DNA of 64,000 bases from Blastocladiella emersonii ATCC 22665 (taxonomy: Eukaryota; Fungi; Blastocladiomycota): the NCBI GenBank assembly GCA_025594325.1, contig JANHCV010000011.1, positions 806,001 to 870,000 of the forward strand, given 5' to 3'. Position numbers and translations under genes: made by a program. Every line of letters begins with the position of its first letter. Position 1 is the stretch's first letter. The notes under the pieces were generated by a model that did no database searches, was not told the DNA's origin, and worked only from the letters and a program-made list of their open reading frames with translations. Below, piece after piece: positions 23,081 to 37,334 of this stretch.

Positions 23081-26000
23081 TCACATGATCACATAGTCCT
23101 GCTGCGATATCGGCGTCCCGTCGAGCCACTTGATCAGGTCTGGTGCCCGCAGCAGCGACCACTCGTTGCCCGCGGCCACCGCGTACCACGCGTGCTCGAG
23201 GTCGCCGACAAAGATCTTGCGCCGCTCCACGCCGCCGCCGCCCGTCGCTGCGCCGCGCGACGAGGCTCCGGTACCGCCGCCGCCGCCGCTGTTGAGATTG
23301 CTGCTGCCCGGCACGCCGCGCGACCCGGGCGGCGCGAGCGTCGACGCACCGCCCCCGCTCGCCCCACCACCGCCGCTACCGTCCGCGGCCGAGCTGACGT
23401 TCGGGTTACTCCCCGCGAGCGCGCCGTTACTCACGGCGCCGGCGCCGCGGAGCATGCCGGACCCGACGACGGCGGCGGCGGACGCGAGCGATCTTGACGT
23501 GCCGCGGGACGTGAGGAGGCGGTGTTCGTTGAGGAGCACGCGGCGGTCGATACTGAGCACGCTCATCGTCCCGTCGGCGCACGTCGTGAGCGCGAGCTGG
23601 GCGTCGCGCGACGGGCACAGCGCCGTGACGGTCATAGCGGCGCGCGCGGCTTTCGCCGCAATGTCCGAGTTGTAGTAGAAGATCTCCTCGGTCGGGTCGT
23701 TGGCCGAGAGGCACCGGACCGAGGCGTCGTAGCATCCGATGAGGACGTACGGGCGAAACGTGAAGGGCGACGTGATCGGGCAGATGGACGAGACTTCGAT
23801 CAGGTCCTCGCCGAACGCGCCGACGCCCGCCTTGAGGTCGCGGCGCAGCGAGCTGGTCGAACCGCCCGCGGAACTCGCCGCGTCGTTGTCGGCGTCCTCG
23901 TCGTCGTCGTCCGTTTCGTGCGCGCGCAGCGAGTGCGCGGCCGCGACCACGAGCTCGGGCGGGTCCTCGTGCACGACGACCGCGGGCATGCCGTCGGCGC
24001 CGCCGCCGTTCACGTCCGCGTCGGCGTTGAAGAAGGTGGCCTCGGTGATGAGCGGGAGCGAGTCGAAGACGCACTGGATGAACAGGTCGCCCACCCCCAA
24101 GTACAGCCGCAGCTGCACGTTGTCGGCGGCGAGCGTCGACAGCGCGATGGCCGAGTCGGTCGCGGACGCGGCGGGCCCGCCGCCGGCCATGTCGCGGGCC
24201 TCGGCGACCAGCGCGCCGAGCGACGACCGGAACGCGGGTTTCAGCGTCGGCACCGTGAACCCGACGAGCTCGGGCTGCAGGCGGCCCATGGCGTCGCGCG
24301 TGGTGACGCCGACGACGGCGTGGTGGCCGGGCGCAAAGTAGGTCGCGTGGACGATGGGCCCGACCGAGACCATGGCGCGGTCGAGGATGCGGTGGCGGAC
24401 GGACCGCTCGCCCGAGACCTGGTCCTCGGCGACCGTGAGCTCCACGAGACTCACCTCGCCGTTGCCGCACCCGACGAGGAACAACGGGCGCTCCACGAGA
24501 CACCCGCCGACGGACGACGCGCGCGTGCCCGCCCACGACACGACGAACGAGTAGTAGTTGCTGCGGCGCACGGCCTGCTCGTCCGACACGGCCACGTTGC
24601 CGCCCATGTCGTACGTCGTCGACGTCAGCTGCAGCACCAGGTCGTCGGCCGTCTTGCTCGGCCGGCTGCTCGGCGGGAGCGAGTGCGAGGGCGTCGTCGC
24701 CTTGCTCGCGGCGGGGGCCGCGGGCATGGCGGACGGTTTCGGGGCGAGCGTCGCGGGGACCGCGTCGCCGGCCTCGCTGGCCAGATCGGCCTCGCTCTCG
24801 CTCGTCTGGCTCTCGCCGTACTCGTCGCCCTCGTCCTCATCGTCGGCGTCGTTGGCCGCGGCCATGGGCGCCGACGCGTCGTCGGGCGGCTTGAGGTAGT
24901 GCATGCGGTTCTGCACGAGATGCGCCTGCTCGTTGCGCGACAGGAACAGCGGCGTGACCACGGTGACGCGCGGGTAGTGCGGGCCCAGCTGCCAGTGATC
25001 GGCGAGCCGCCACTGGTTCGGCACGTCGACTTTCCACACCTCTACGGTGAGCGCGCGGGTGAGTCCTGTACAGGGTGTGTATCGGTGCGGGCGAAGTGTG
25101 TACCGATGAAGCCGCGCGAGGTGAAGACGATGGCCATGACGACGCTGACGAGCTCGACGTGCATCACGTCGCCGAAGAACGAGACGAAGTTGTACACGTA
25201 CTTGGGTCCCGCTACACGGCTCAAAGTGTGAGATACCCTGTCGTGTATCAAGCACGAAGACAGCCGTACCAGCAATGAGCGAGGCATTCTCCTGGAACCG
25301 GTGCCGCGTCGCCTGGATCTGCTCCTCGACGCGGCGTGCGTGGGCTTCCCTCGCGCGTCCCTATGCTTAACGGCTGCATTAGTGCGCTCTCACGCACAGT
25401 ACGATCGTGACGCACTCGCTCCTCCTCCTCGTTCGCCATGCGGTCGCGGTGCCGCATCAGCTCGGCCTTGGCGCGCAGGACCACGTCCTCGCCGCTCCCC
25501 AGCGTCGCGTCCCCCGCCGCCGCGTTTCCACCACCGCCACCAAACGCCGCTGGCGGTGGCACGACAGGCACCGCCCCACCCGGCCCCGCCGCCGCCGCGG
25601 CGGGCGCGTCGGGAAAGTACGCGGTACTGGACGTGACGACGCGCCGCGTGGTGAACGTATCCCGGATCTCGCGCTCGAGCCGGCCGATCGTCGCGCGGAC
25701 CGCGGCCATATCGGCGTCGAGCGCGGCCGACTCGGCGCGCGCGTCGACGCGCGTGTCGGACATGTCGTAGGTCGGGCGCTCGAGCATCTCCATGATGTGC
25801 GGCGCGAGAGAGTTGCGGCGTCCGCCGCCACCTTCTCCGCCGCCGCTGTTGCCGCTTGAGTTCGGGTTGCCGGAGGAAAAGGATGGGGAGAGCGCGAGCG
25901 AGCCGCGCTTGCTGAATGAGCCCGCGCGCGCGATCGCCGTCGCGTTCGGGTTCTGCGTCACCATGGACGAGCGCCGGTTGCGCACCACGGGGGCGGCGGT

Positions 26001-26081
26001 CGGGCCGTTGCCCGCTGCGGCGCCCGAGCCGCGTTTGCCGGTTCCGGCGGCGGGCGGTTTCGTCGTTGCAGCAGCTGGCAT
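23081..26081 (-). CDS. Hypothetical protein with N-terminal coiled coil and C-terminal WD40-like beta-propeller (multi-exon)
   Basis: ATG MPAAATTKPP. Spliced junctions give NEEEER/GRAREAH...ENASLIA/AGPKYVYNF. WD-like segments include LIGCYDASVRCLS and VTALCPSRDAQLALTTCADGTMSVLSID. Confidence 0.65.
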
Positions 26082-26292
26082 GGTTGTGTTACATGGGTGT
26101 GAAGGCTTGCGGATACGATAAGTGAGTGGCGGGCGAGCCTGAGAACCGACCAGCACGGAGCGTGTCGTTCCGCTGCGTGACCGCGTTGCGCCACACAAGT
26201 TGCTCTCCCCTTTGCAGCGATCGCTGAGCTCATACAGACAGAAGGTTGACGGTACACACTCGTGTTTTGAATAGTGCATCCCACTCGCGGCC

Positions 26293-27872
26293 CTAGTGGT
26301 ACATTCCGGGGCCCGCACCGACCATCCCGCCGTAAACCGGCCTCGCGCCAGGCCCGCCGCCGCCGCCGTTGACCTGCTGCTGGTGCTGCTGGTGCTGCTG
26401 CGGAACACCGACCCCCGACCCCGCGGCCCCACCCATCTTGCCCACAAGCACGCCGTTCGCGATCGCGCGCCTGGCCTTAATCGACGCCTCCGCGAGCGCG
26501 ACGGCGAGACACTCGTGCCGTTCCTTGGCGACCCACTGGTTGTCGACCTGGATGTTGACCTGGCAGAAGGTGACGAGACTGCCACCGGGCCCCGTGGGCT
26601 CGTCGACCATCTGCGTCGTCTGCACGACGAATTTGCGGTGCCGCGCCGCCTCCGCGAGCAGCGCCAGGTACTCCTGCGCGGCGACCTGCTGCGCGTCGTC
26701 GAGGTGCGGCGACGCGGCGGAGCGCGACGGGCGGTCGAGCGAGGGGTCGAACGAGGTGACGGAGGAAGGTGCCGAGGTCGTCGGCGCGCGGAACGACGAG
26801 GACGAGGAGGCGGACGGCTCGTCTTGCCACATGCTGCCGCCGCGCTGGATCGGGGCCTGCTGCTGCTGCTGCGCGGACGTGGGCGCGGGAGCGGGTGCAG
26901 GCTGCGACAGTGGCGCGCGTTGGTCGAACGCTGCGGCGGACGAAGCAGGGAGGTACGACGCGCGGCCGGGCGCGCCGGAGCCGATGACGCCGGGCGGCGG
27001 GTGGACCGGCCGGCTCGGCGCGCCGAGGCCCGGAATCTTGCCGAACAGCCCCATCGCCACGGGCGTCTCGGGGACCGCGTTGTCGAGACCGCCCTGCAGC
27101 GGCGCGCGCGGCGGTGGCGGCTGCTGGTACTGCTGCTGCTGCTGCTGCTGGTCCTGGTAGTGCTGCTGCTGCTGCTGAGACGGCGGGTGCTGCGAGTGCG
27201 ACGGCGACTGCTGCTGGTGCGGCAGGTACGGCGCCTGCGACTGCGACTGCGACTGCGGCTGCGGGGCCTGGTACTGCTGCTGCGGGGCCTGGTACTGCGA
27301 CGCGTTCGCCTCCATGGACGAGTGGCGCGACGAGGCCGGCGACGCGGTGAACGACGGCTGCTGCGGCTGGACGTAGGCGGTACCAGCGGCCATAGTAGCC
27401 GGAGCCGAAGCCGAAGCGACCACAGGCGCGGCCTGCTGCTGCGCGACGACCGACGATGAAGTCGACGCGACACCCGCACTCGGCGTCGAAGTCCCCAATG
27501 CGTGCTGCTGCACGTCGGCGCCCGTGACCTGGACGATGAACTCCCAGCACTGCTTGAAGGCCTCGCGCTTGGCCGTCTTCTTGTTGGCGGTTAAGGCGTT
27601 GAAGTCGCGGCCGAACATGGAGACCCGGTGGCCGAAGTTGGTGCCGTCGCCCTTGACCTCGGCGTCGTCGAACACGACCTTGTACTTGGTCGAGTACTCG
27701 TTGAGGGCGCCAATGTGGTTGGCGCCCGCCGAGTCGGCGCGCAGCACGATGCCGTCGGGCCGCGGGATCTCGACGCCCTCGTAGTCGACCGTGACGACGG
27801 CGGCAGCGGAGGCGGGAGCGGAACCTGCGGCGGTGGTGGTGGGTGCAGCTGTAGCGGTAGCCGGCCGAGCGA

Positions 27873-27935
<63 letters not shown>

Positions 27936-29151
27936 GCAGCGGAGCCGACGCGCCGTCGGGATCAAAGTAGGCCCAAATCTCAGCGCCGCCCTTGGGGTCC
28001 ATCATAACGTGCTCGGGCAGGGCCTCGCGCACGCGGCGGGTGATGGCGAGCCACTCCTGGGCCGAGCTGGCGAGGGCGGCCGCGATGAGGAGGAAGGCGA
28101 GGTCGCGCTTGGCGCGGTCCTTGTTGGGGTACATGGCCTGGGTGCGGTACACCTTGCCGAGCAGCTCGAGGCGCGCAAGGAAGGCGCCGCGCGAGGTGTC
28201 GGCTCCAATGACCACGTTGAGGAGCTTGTGCTTGCCGACGATGTTCATGAGGATCGAGACCGGGTTGGGCGACACGTTCAAGGGCGCGACCTTGTCCAGG
28301 ATCATGCGCCGGACGAGCTCGAGGTAGTCCTGCGCGTCCTTGTAGTGCGTCGCGCCCTCGGGGACGCGCGGGAACAGCAGGTCGTCGAGGTTGTCGAGCG
28401 GCGACCCGTCCGCCTTGGTCACGAAGCAATGGACCGCTTGCGCGTCCGCGCTGGCGGCACCAGCGACGGGACCCGGACTCGGAGCCGCTGCCGGGTAGCT
28501 GTTGCCGTTGGCGCCGTAGCCGCCCGCGGCCGCGAAGCCCGCGTTGCCGTTGGCGCTGTAGCCGCCCGCACCGGCGCCAGCGCCGTAGTCGTACGCGGAC
28601 GACGCAGCCGACACGGGGCGCCCGTAGCTCGCCTGCGGCTGCTGCGGCGGCGGGATCGGGTGGGCTACAAACGTCCCGCCCGGGGTCATGAGTTGTGGTG
28701 CCTCGGCGAACTGAGGAGCGTCGGCAGGCGCACCCGGGCCCATGCGCAGGTCTACTTGAGGGTATGGGTGAGCGGTCTAGTCTCCACCAATACATCGAGC
28801 GCGGTGCGTACCGGCGAGCTGGCCCGAGACCGCGTTCATGTTGACGGGCGGGCGCGAGCGCGGCATGTACGGCCCAGCGGCGTGCGCCGCCGTGTTGTAG
28901 CCCGACGAGCCCGAGTGGTAGCTGGGCGACTGCTGGTGCTGCTGCTGGTACATGAGGTGCTCGGACGACGGCCCCGTCGCGGGCGTCGCGGGCGCGCTGC
29001 CGGCCGAGCTGCACGCCCACGGGTCGACGTCGTGGTTGTTGGCCTGGGTATGGTGGTACTGCTGCTGCTGCTGCTGCTGCGCGTAGCCGTGCGCGTTGGC
29101 GCTGCCGCCGTACGCGTTGCCGCTGCCGTTGCGGTAGCCGTTGGTATACAT
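26293..29151 (-). CDS. Protein with three dsRNA-binding-domain-like units separated by low-complexity linkers
   Basis: NPVSILMNIV...NKDRAKRDLAFLLI; NHIGALNEYSTKY...ANKKTAKREAFKQCW; QEYLALLAEAARH...LAVALAEASIKARRAI. Intron about 28811-28751. Confidence 0.7.
27874..27932 (+). repeat. (GCGGGC)n hexamer tandem repeat encoding Pro-Ala on the minus strand
   Basis: Directly visible run of about 10 units. Confidence 0.9.
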
Positions 29152-29602
29152 GATGATGGCGGCGGCGGCCGTCGGTCGAAGATGGGCGATCCGTTGCGCC
29201 GAGAGGCGTGGGGACAGGTTGCACACGGTAGCGCCGCGGGAGAGCTGTCGATACATGCGCGGGTAGAGAGGGAGGATAGGGTGTAGTGATGGGAGCGAAG
29301 GCGAGTGAGTCGTGCGATGCGCAGCGCGACGCGGCGACGGCAGGACTGTACCTCGTCGAGTCGAGTCCAGTACGCGTCGGGCGACCTAATCTATCAGGCC
29401 AAGGTTGAGAGCGAGGGCGGGAAGAGCGAGAACGACGTGCGGCGCACGCCGACCGACGGGCCTTGGTCGTGTGAGCCTGTCTGAGCCCTGTCCATGCTCG
29501 CTCCCTTTCCGCTTTCGGCATGGGTTCCAGCTAATCATTCGGGCTATATTACTCTCCTGGGCACGATCCCGACCGGATCGCGAGCGGCGACGGGACGACT
29601 CC

Positions 29603-30198
29603 TTAGGACGGTGGTGCGGACGAGGGCGGCAGCGCGCCGACCGACGTTGGCAGCGAGCGCTGCTTCTTGAGCTGGTACCGGCACACCTCCCTAGTGGACC
29701 GTGCGCGTGCGCGTTAGCGTGCGACCCAGATTATCGCGGCGCGCGCGGGAGGAGTGGGGCGGCGTACCACGACACGAGCGAGACGGCGCAGAACGAAGCG
29801 ACGGCGTAGTTGGAGGCAGACAGGACCTGGCCTAGATGTAGTGTAGAGTTACATGAGCAACATTCTCGCGTTCAGCGACACGCAAACGAGGCGACCGCAC
29901 CCTTGTACGCGAACCGGAGCACACCGGCGCCGAACCCGGTCCCGATGCCGTACAGCAGCGACGACCGCGCGCATGGGTACTGCCCGACGTTCTTGAAGTC
30001 GTCGACCGTGAGCTTCTACACTCGTGTTCGTGGTTCCGTGTTCGTGTCGCTGTCGTGAGCCGGTTGGCCTTGCGCACGATCATCGAGGTCCCGCGCGTGC
30101 ATGCGACAAACCTTCACAATGTCGACCACGCCGGGCTGCGGCGGCGCGACGCTGGCGCCGGCGTCCTGGGCCGGAGATTCATTTGCACGGTCTGTCAT
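29603..30198 (-). CDS. COX20: Cytochrome c oxidase assembly factor Cox20 (4 small exons; not captured by the ORF track)
   Basis: Spliced: MTDRAN...IVK / KLTVDDFKNVGQYPCARSSLLYGIGTGFGAGVLRFAYK / GQVLSASNYAVASFCAVSLVS / WEVCRYQLKKQR...TAA. PCARxSLLxGIG, NxAVxSF and SWExC are Cox20 motifs. Confidence 0.85.
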
Positions 30199-30402
30199 GG
30201 TCGTTTGATGCGTTGATTCGTTGCACAGAGCGTGCCTGACGGAGAGCAAGAGCGCGCGATCGGCGGCGGCAGCAAACTCGCTGCGCGGCGAGCCTCACGT
30301 GTGCCGCTCTGACCACCGCGAACGCGTCTCGCGTCTCGCGCGTCGTGCGAGACATTTGCGGGAGGGCGACAAAATGGTGGGTGCGGAATGTATCAAACGC
30401 TG

Positions 30403-33274
30403 CTACTTGGTCGGCGACGTCCTCCCGGACGCGGGCCCGGCCTCGGCGAGCTCCTTCTTGAGCGCGGCCAGGACCGTCTCGTACCCCTTGCGCCGGTTCT
30501 TGTCCGTCTTGTGCGCGAACAGGCCCGCCGCGTTGTTGAGCCTACACTCACGCAGTCAGTCACCGCGATCCTGCTCACCACCACCATGTCGCGAGTGCAC
30601 GTACTTTTCCAGCAGCGTGACGACGACCTGCTTCTTGAGCCGGTTGTACCGCTTGTTGATGATCCCGGCGTCGAGGTAGTCGGTCGGGTTCTCGGCGCGG
30701 ACGAGGTTGACGGCCTGGCGCAGCACGAGGAACGTGTCCTGGACGTTGGCGTCGCCGAGCCCGTTGACAAACCGCTCGAGGAACTCGACGTCGACGGCGA
30801 ACTGGTCGACGAACGCCATGTTGATGCGGCGCACCGTGGGCGCGAGCACCAGGTCGAGCATCCCCGTGGCCAGGTGGTCGAACGCCTCAAAGTAGATGAA
30901 CGACTTGATCTCGCTCGGCAGGTTGTCGAGCGTCGAGTACATGACCGTCGTGAGGAAGTTGACCAGGTCTACACTCGCAAACGGGGGTCAGCGGGACTCG
31001 GGACGACGGCGTGCGAAGCGTACCGCGCAAGTACGGCGAGGGCATCTGCTTCTTGGCGCCCGCGGCCGACGACGGCGGCATGAAATCGTACTCGGCCATG
31101 CCGAGAAACTCGGAGATCTTGCGGTTGAGCAGGTCGAAGATGCGCTTTTCGGCCGCCTTGCGCGACTGCGCGAAGCTCTCGGTCGCCTGCAGCACGACGC
31201 GGCCCGTGCCCGCCGCGAGCCTACACGGATCGGTCAGCACGAACGCAAACCCGCACGAGACCCGCAACCCGCGTACCGCTTCTCGGCCAGACTCCGCTCG
31301 ACCTCGCCGGCAGCGCGCTCAAAGCACTCGAGGTTGAGGAACACCTGCAAGATCTGGGCGAGGTTCGTGGACCCCTCGACCAGCGTGATGAGTGGCTGGT
31401 GGATGTACCGGACGAGCAGGTTGTCAACGGCGCGGCGTGCGACGTCGTCGAGATCGGCGCGGCCGACCGGGTGGTGCGCCGCGAACCCTTCTGCGAACTG
31501 GTAGTAGGCGGCAATGTACGCGTACAGCTTGACGCACGCGTCGGGGACCATGCGCGAGAAGGCGAGGGTGCGCGGGAACCCGCCCTTGGTCCGGCTCACC
31601 ACGCCGTCCATGTTCGTGAACCGCACCGTCTGACGGTACCGGTCGTACTCGGCCGCGTCTTTGGCGACCACGGGGCTGTAGTCGTCCACGTCGACGAGCT
31701 AGACTCGGCGCTGGCGGCGTCAGTGGGGCGCCTTTCGAGCAGCGAGCGCATCCGCGTCCCGTACCTGGTGGAAGTGCTCGGAGCAATCCTGCTTGAGGAG
31801 GTCGCAGTACCGCTCGAACACGGTGGAGAGGAGCTCGATGAGGCGGGCGACCGAGTACCCGTGGGCCTGCATGGTCTCGGCGAAGGGGACCACGATCAGC
31901 TCGAGCGACAGGTAGACGGCGGGATCCGTGAGCTCCGAGAGGCACGTCTGGATGAGCGCCGTGATGTTGACGACGGTCTGGTCCCAGAGGAGGTCGACCG
32001 AGGCGCGGCTGCGGAACTGGACCGTGGTCGACAGGATGGTGCTCTCGATGAGGAAGAAGCCGACCACGTCGTGCAGGTAGTTGGTGAAGGGCGCCACGTC
32101 CTCCTTTTTCGTCAGCGTGAACTTGGGCGTCAGGAACAGGTTGGCTTGGAGCTACGCGTCGCGGGAGGTGAGTGCCGCCGTGGAGGTCGAGTATCGCGAG
32201 GCGCGACACGCACCCGCCGCTGCTCCTCGAAATCAGTGAGCAGGTCGGGCAGCGACCCGAGCACGTCGTAGATGTGGATGGCCTGGTACAGCGGCTTGAA
32301 GTCGACCTGGACCTGCTCGTTCTCCTCGATGACGACTAGCGTGTCTACGCGTCAGACTCGTCATAAAGAAGTACCCCGCGGTAAGCGTACATCGTCCGTC
32401 GTCGGTATCCGCCAGTGCGAGCATCGAGCTCGACCCGCCGTGTGCGCGGGTACGGTCGGCGGCGATGCGCTGCTCGTTGCGGTATGAGGCGGCCTCGACG
32501 GCGAGCTGGCCAACGCGGCGCGAGTGCTCGCGCACACTGACGAACCAGTCGCGGAGCTCGCCGTGAACCGCGGTGCGGATCGCGTCCTGTAGCCGTGGGA
32601 GGCCGTCGTCTGTTGGGGGGATGTGAGCGCGCGGCGCCGACAGGAAGAGGCAAGAAAGGCATACTCATGTACTTGGCAAACTCGAACTGCATGATGGGCA
32701 GGAGCTTGGACCGGATCGAGTCGAGGCAGCGAAGCGCCGAGTAGTACTTTTTCGACTCGTAGAGTGTGCGCGCGCGCAGGGCGAGGTCGAGGACGGCCTG
32801 GCACTGGGCGACGGCCTCGATGGTGTTCTCGAGGTTGGCGTACATTTTGCGGCGCTGGATGAGCTCGCGCTTCTTGTCGAGCGAGGATTTCACGGCCGAG
32901 TTGAACTGGTGCGAGAGCTCGGCGAGCTGGGCCTTGAGGTCAACGGTCTCGACGCGCACCTTGAGCAGCTGGTCGACGGACGCGATGAACTCCTGGTAGT
33001 GGAAGTTGCACAGCCGCTCGATCTCGGTCTCCTGCTTGGTGATGTACGACGAGATCTGCTCGAGGTACCGCTCCTCGCGCCCGCCGCGCACCAGCGACTT
33101 GATGAGCGGGCCGAGCTGGTCGAGGTCGTCGATGTTGATCGGGTCGGCCGGCGCCGCCGTGACCGAGGGCGGCGCGGGCGCGGCCGCCGGCGCCGCATCG
33201 TGCGACCCGCCCAGCGGGATCTCGGCGGGCGTGCCGGGCAGCATCCCGCCGCCGGGCCGGCGCGGGGGTGGCAT
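30403..33274 (-). CDS. SEC15: Exocyst component Sec15/EXOC6 (multi-exon)
   Basis: DLDQLGPLIKS...KQETEIERLCNFHYQEFIASVDQLLKVR; KKYYSALRCL; LHDVVGFFLIE; DLLNRKISEFLGMAEYDF; INKRYNRL. Confidence 0.93.
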
Positions 33275-33986
33275 TTGCGGTGGGATAAAGTGTGCGATGC
33301 GGCAAGTCGCAGCGGCTAGAGCTCCATGGGGACGGCGTGGGTGGCGAGGGGCGGGGAGGGGAAGGGATGGAGCGACGCGTGCGCATGAGCGGCGCGTGGC
33401 GCAACGCCCAACGGCGAACGATTGCACCGCCGCCACGTGCTGCCTGGGAGGCACTTTTGGCTCGCCCTCGCGCGCGATTCCTCGTTTGGGAGACGCTTTT
33501 CGGCCCCGCCTCGCTCGCCCGGTCTCCGCTTCCTCCTTTTGGCGGCGACCTGACTCTCGCGCCGTCCCCCGACTGCCATCCCCGCGCTGCGGATCGCTCG
33601 CGACACTCGCCGGCCCCAGCGTTGCTCCGACGAGGAACGCGACCCGTCCCGCACCTTGGCGCGTGAGTGGCTGAGGTCGCGCTCCCGCCGCGGCGGCGTG
33701 CCTCCCTCCTTGCCCTCGCCCTCGCTCACACGCACGCTGTCTGCGCCGCGCGCGCAACTCTGACAAGCACGGCGATCGCACCCCGTGCACCCGACTGTTG
33801 CTCGAGCACGAAGCGTGATAAGAGATCTTCGGCTTCTCCTCTCCGACTTGATGCAGCTGAGCCCGCGCTTCGCCGTCTTCTACCTGATCCCGCAGTGACG
33901 CGGACACGGACCCGACCTTCTTTCGGCCCGTGAGCAACCTCCCCTCTCGCCCTCTACCGCGCGCGCGCCTTCCGCCCCGCCCCGCT

Positions 33987-34505
33987 ATGCTCGACTCGCT
34001 CCTGGCCCTGTTGCAGTCGTCGCCCACGTCTCTGAGTATGACCAAGCCCGCCTCTGCCGACCCCGACGCTCTGGTACGGCTTTTCACTCACGCCGGGTTC
34101 CGTGAGCGTGATCTGACCTCCGATCTTTCCCAACAGGCGTCGCAGCTCGCGTACTACGGCAAGCTGCGCCCGACCATCAACCGCGTCGCCGACCAGCTGC
34201 AGCGCCACACGCAGGCCCGCCGCGCTGGCACCGGCGCAAGCGGCGGGTTCGGCAGTCCCGGCGCCGCCGCGACGGGGTTCGCGTACGCCGCGGCCACCGA
34301 GCACCGCCGGTCGTCGCTCTCGAGCACCGCGGCCGCGGCCGTGCCGATGTCGCGCCGGTCGACGGCCGGGAGCACCGCCACGACGGCCACCACGGCCACG
34401 AACGACGACGACGCCGTCTCGTCGGTCGGCGGGTCCGTCGAGTTCGAGGAGGTGCACGGCGGCGACGGCATGGTGTTTGCCATGAGCATGGCCGACATGA
34501 AGTGA
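33987..34505 (+). CDS. Small hypothetical protein (intron about 34074-34137)
   Basis: ATG MLDSLLALLQS. GTACGG...CAACAG intron. Coding-like codon usage through ...GDGMVFAMSMADMK stop. Confidence 0.55.
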   Translation: MLDSLLALLQSSPTSLSMTKPASADPDALVRLFTHAGFRERDLTSDLSQQASQLAYYGKLRPTINRVADQLQRHTQARRAGTGASGGFGSPGAAATGFAYAAATEHRRSSLSSTAAAAVPMSRRSTAGSTATTATTATNDDDAVSSVGGSVEFEEVHGGDGMVFAMSMADMK

Positions 34506-34586
34506 AGTGAGTCGGAATAAGGAGTCGACGAGCTGTACAGTAATGCAAAACTAATAGTGTGTATCACGCAGTCGCGGCCGTCGTCG

Positions 34587-35382
<796 letters not shown>

Positions 35383-37334
35383 TTAAACAGTGACGATGGC
35401 GATGGCGATGGCGGTCGTTCGGGCAGGTAGAGCCGAGCCGACGGCGATCGCGCGGAGCGCGCCGCGTGCGGGGTGCGCCACACCGGGGTGCGTCGGGCCC
35501 ACGTGATGCATCGCCAGGGCGCCACTACGCCTCGCGCAACGCGTCGCGCCCCGTCGCTGCGATGCCGCGGGCGCGCGGCGTTGAGAGCAAAAATAACGAG
35601 GCCGGGAGTGGCTTGGGCTGCCTTTGTCGTGATGGATGCATGAAGCGACGCGTCGCGACCGACTTGCCCGTTCGGACCGGGGATCAGGAGCTCCATCACG
35701 AAGCCGTCGGACCGCAGGGAAGCGTCGTTCATCACCACGTACGGCTCGCTCAAGACCTCGCCCCCGCTCGTGGATCGTGAGGCTCGACGCACGTCAACTC
35801 CTCGCTGTCGATGGCACTGGGGCCGCTGGACGCGATGCGCGCTCAACGAAACGATCGAATCCGCGGCCCCGGTCGCCGTCGGGCTTTGTCACGGCCGGCA
35901 GTGTTCGCTTATCCGGGAGCGGCCGCGGATATTATCCCCGGGGAAGGCCCGCGTCGCAACGGAAACTCGGCCGAGGGCTGAGCTTTGACATCACGACGCG
36001 CGACGACGCGATGTCGACACAGCGACGCGTCGCAAGACATTGAGCGTGATCCAGAGCATGATGGAGGTTATATTACGCGTCGTGGGAGAGGAATTCAGTC
36101 CAATCTCCACGGATCCGGTCTAGCGGCAGCAGGAGGAGCGGCTAAGAATAGAGTGCGGGGATCCGCAGTGGAGGGAGGTCCCGGTCGCGGTCGCGGTCGC
36201 CGCGAAGAACGCCTCCCCACAGCCGCCGTATCCGGACATCCGGAAGGGCTTGGACGGCCTCGCCGGCCGCGACGATGGGCAGAGCCGGCCCAGCGTAGTG
36301 GCGGCGCACTCATCTCAGCGTCGTCGAGGCGGCGGGGGCGGCGGCGCCGCGGGTGCGGAGAGAGGGCGAGGTTGAGCCGACTGCGCGCGCGCTCGTGGCG
36401 GCGGCGAGGAGGCGCGCTCTAAAGCCCCGCAAGCCACAGCGGTTTACAAAACGTTCGTGCGGGCTTCGCGGCCGGCCGTGCTTACCTCGGTCGGCCCTCT
36501 TCCCCCTTGGCATCGACCACTTCGTCCCGCACGGCCTCTCTCTCGTCGCTCGACCCGATCCTCCCCGTCTGCCAGTGCGCCGAACAGTACCGGCCATCCA
36601 AGAACCCGTAGATCGAGGTGCGTTCGTCCTACTCGCCGCCACGACCCCGAGGGCAAGCATGCGCGTGGCCCGACTCGGCGAGTGACGTCCCGGACGCACC
36701 GCGGCCGATGGCGGCCACGGTGGTGGTCGCAGGTCGCCGGGCGAGCGCAGTGGCGCCGGTCCGCGTGGCCCACGCTGGGCAGGCAGCAGCCGCAGACGCA
36801 GGGAGGGGCCGCCACAGCGTGCTCGTCGGGCGCCGCCTCTCGCCCGCGGCGCAACACGGCGGTGGGCAGCGGGCGCCGCCATGACCAGCGCGTGCGCGCG
36901 CGCCCTCGCTCGCTCGTCCGCGCCGACCAGCGCTCGCTGGACGCCGGTGGTGGTGCACCAGTGGTGCACCTCGGACCAGCGAGCGATACGGCGGCAGCCC
37001 GTCGTTATCCGGCTCATCTCGAGTACCACCCACCCGCGAGTCGGCCAGCGCGCGCGCGTTGGGATCATGCTGCCCGTCATGTCCGCTGTCGGCCGTGATG
37101 TCGGCGGAGATCTCCTGTCGGCGGCCGTCGACTCATCCATTGCGGGCAGCGAGCCGGCGGCACTTTGGACGGGGCTCTCTCTCGGAAGGCAGCGTACTAA
37201 CCGGCCGCTCGTCTCGTTTCGCTTCCTCTCTCTCCCCGCCTGCCCCTCGGCCCCGATCTGCGCGCTCGTTCGCTCCCCGCCCCCAACGCGCACCGTCCAA
37301 ATCACCCCGCCCAACACTGCACACCCACTCCGCC

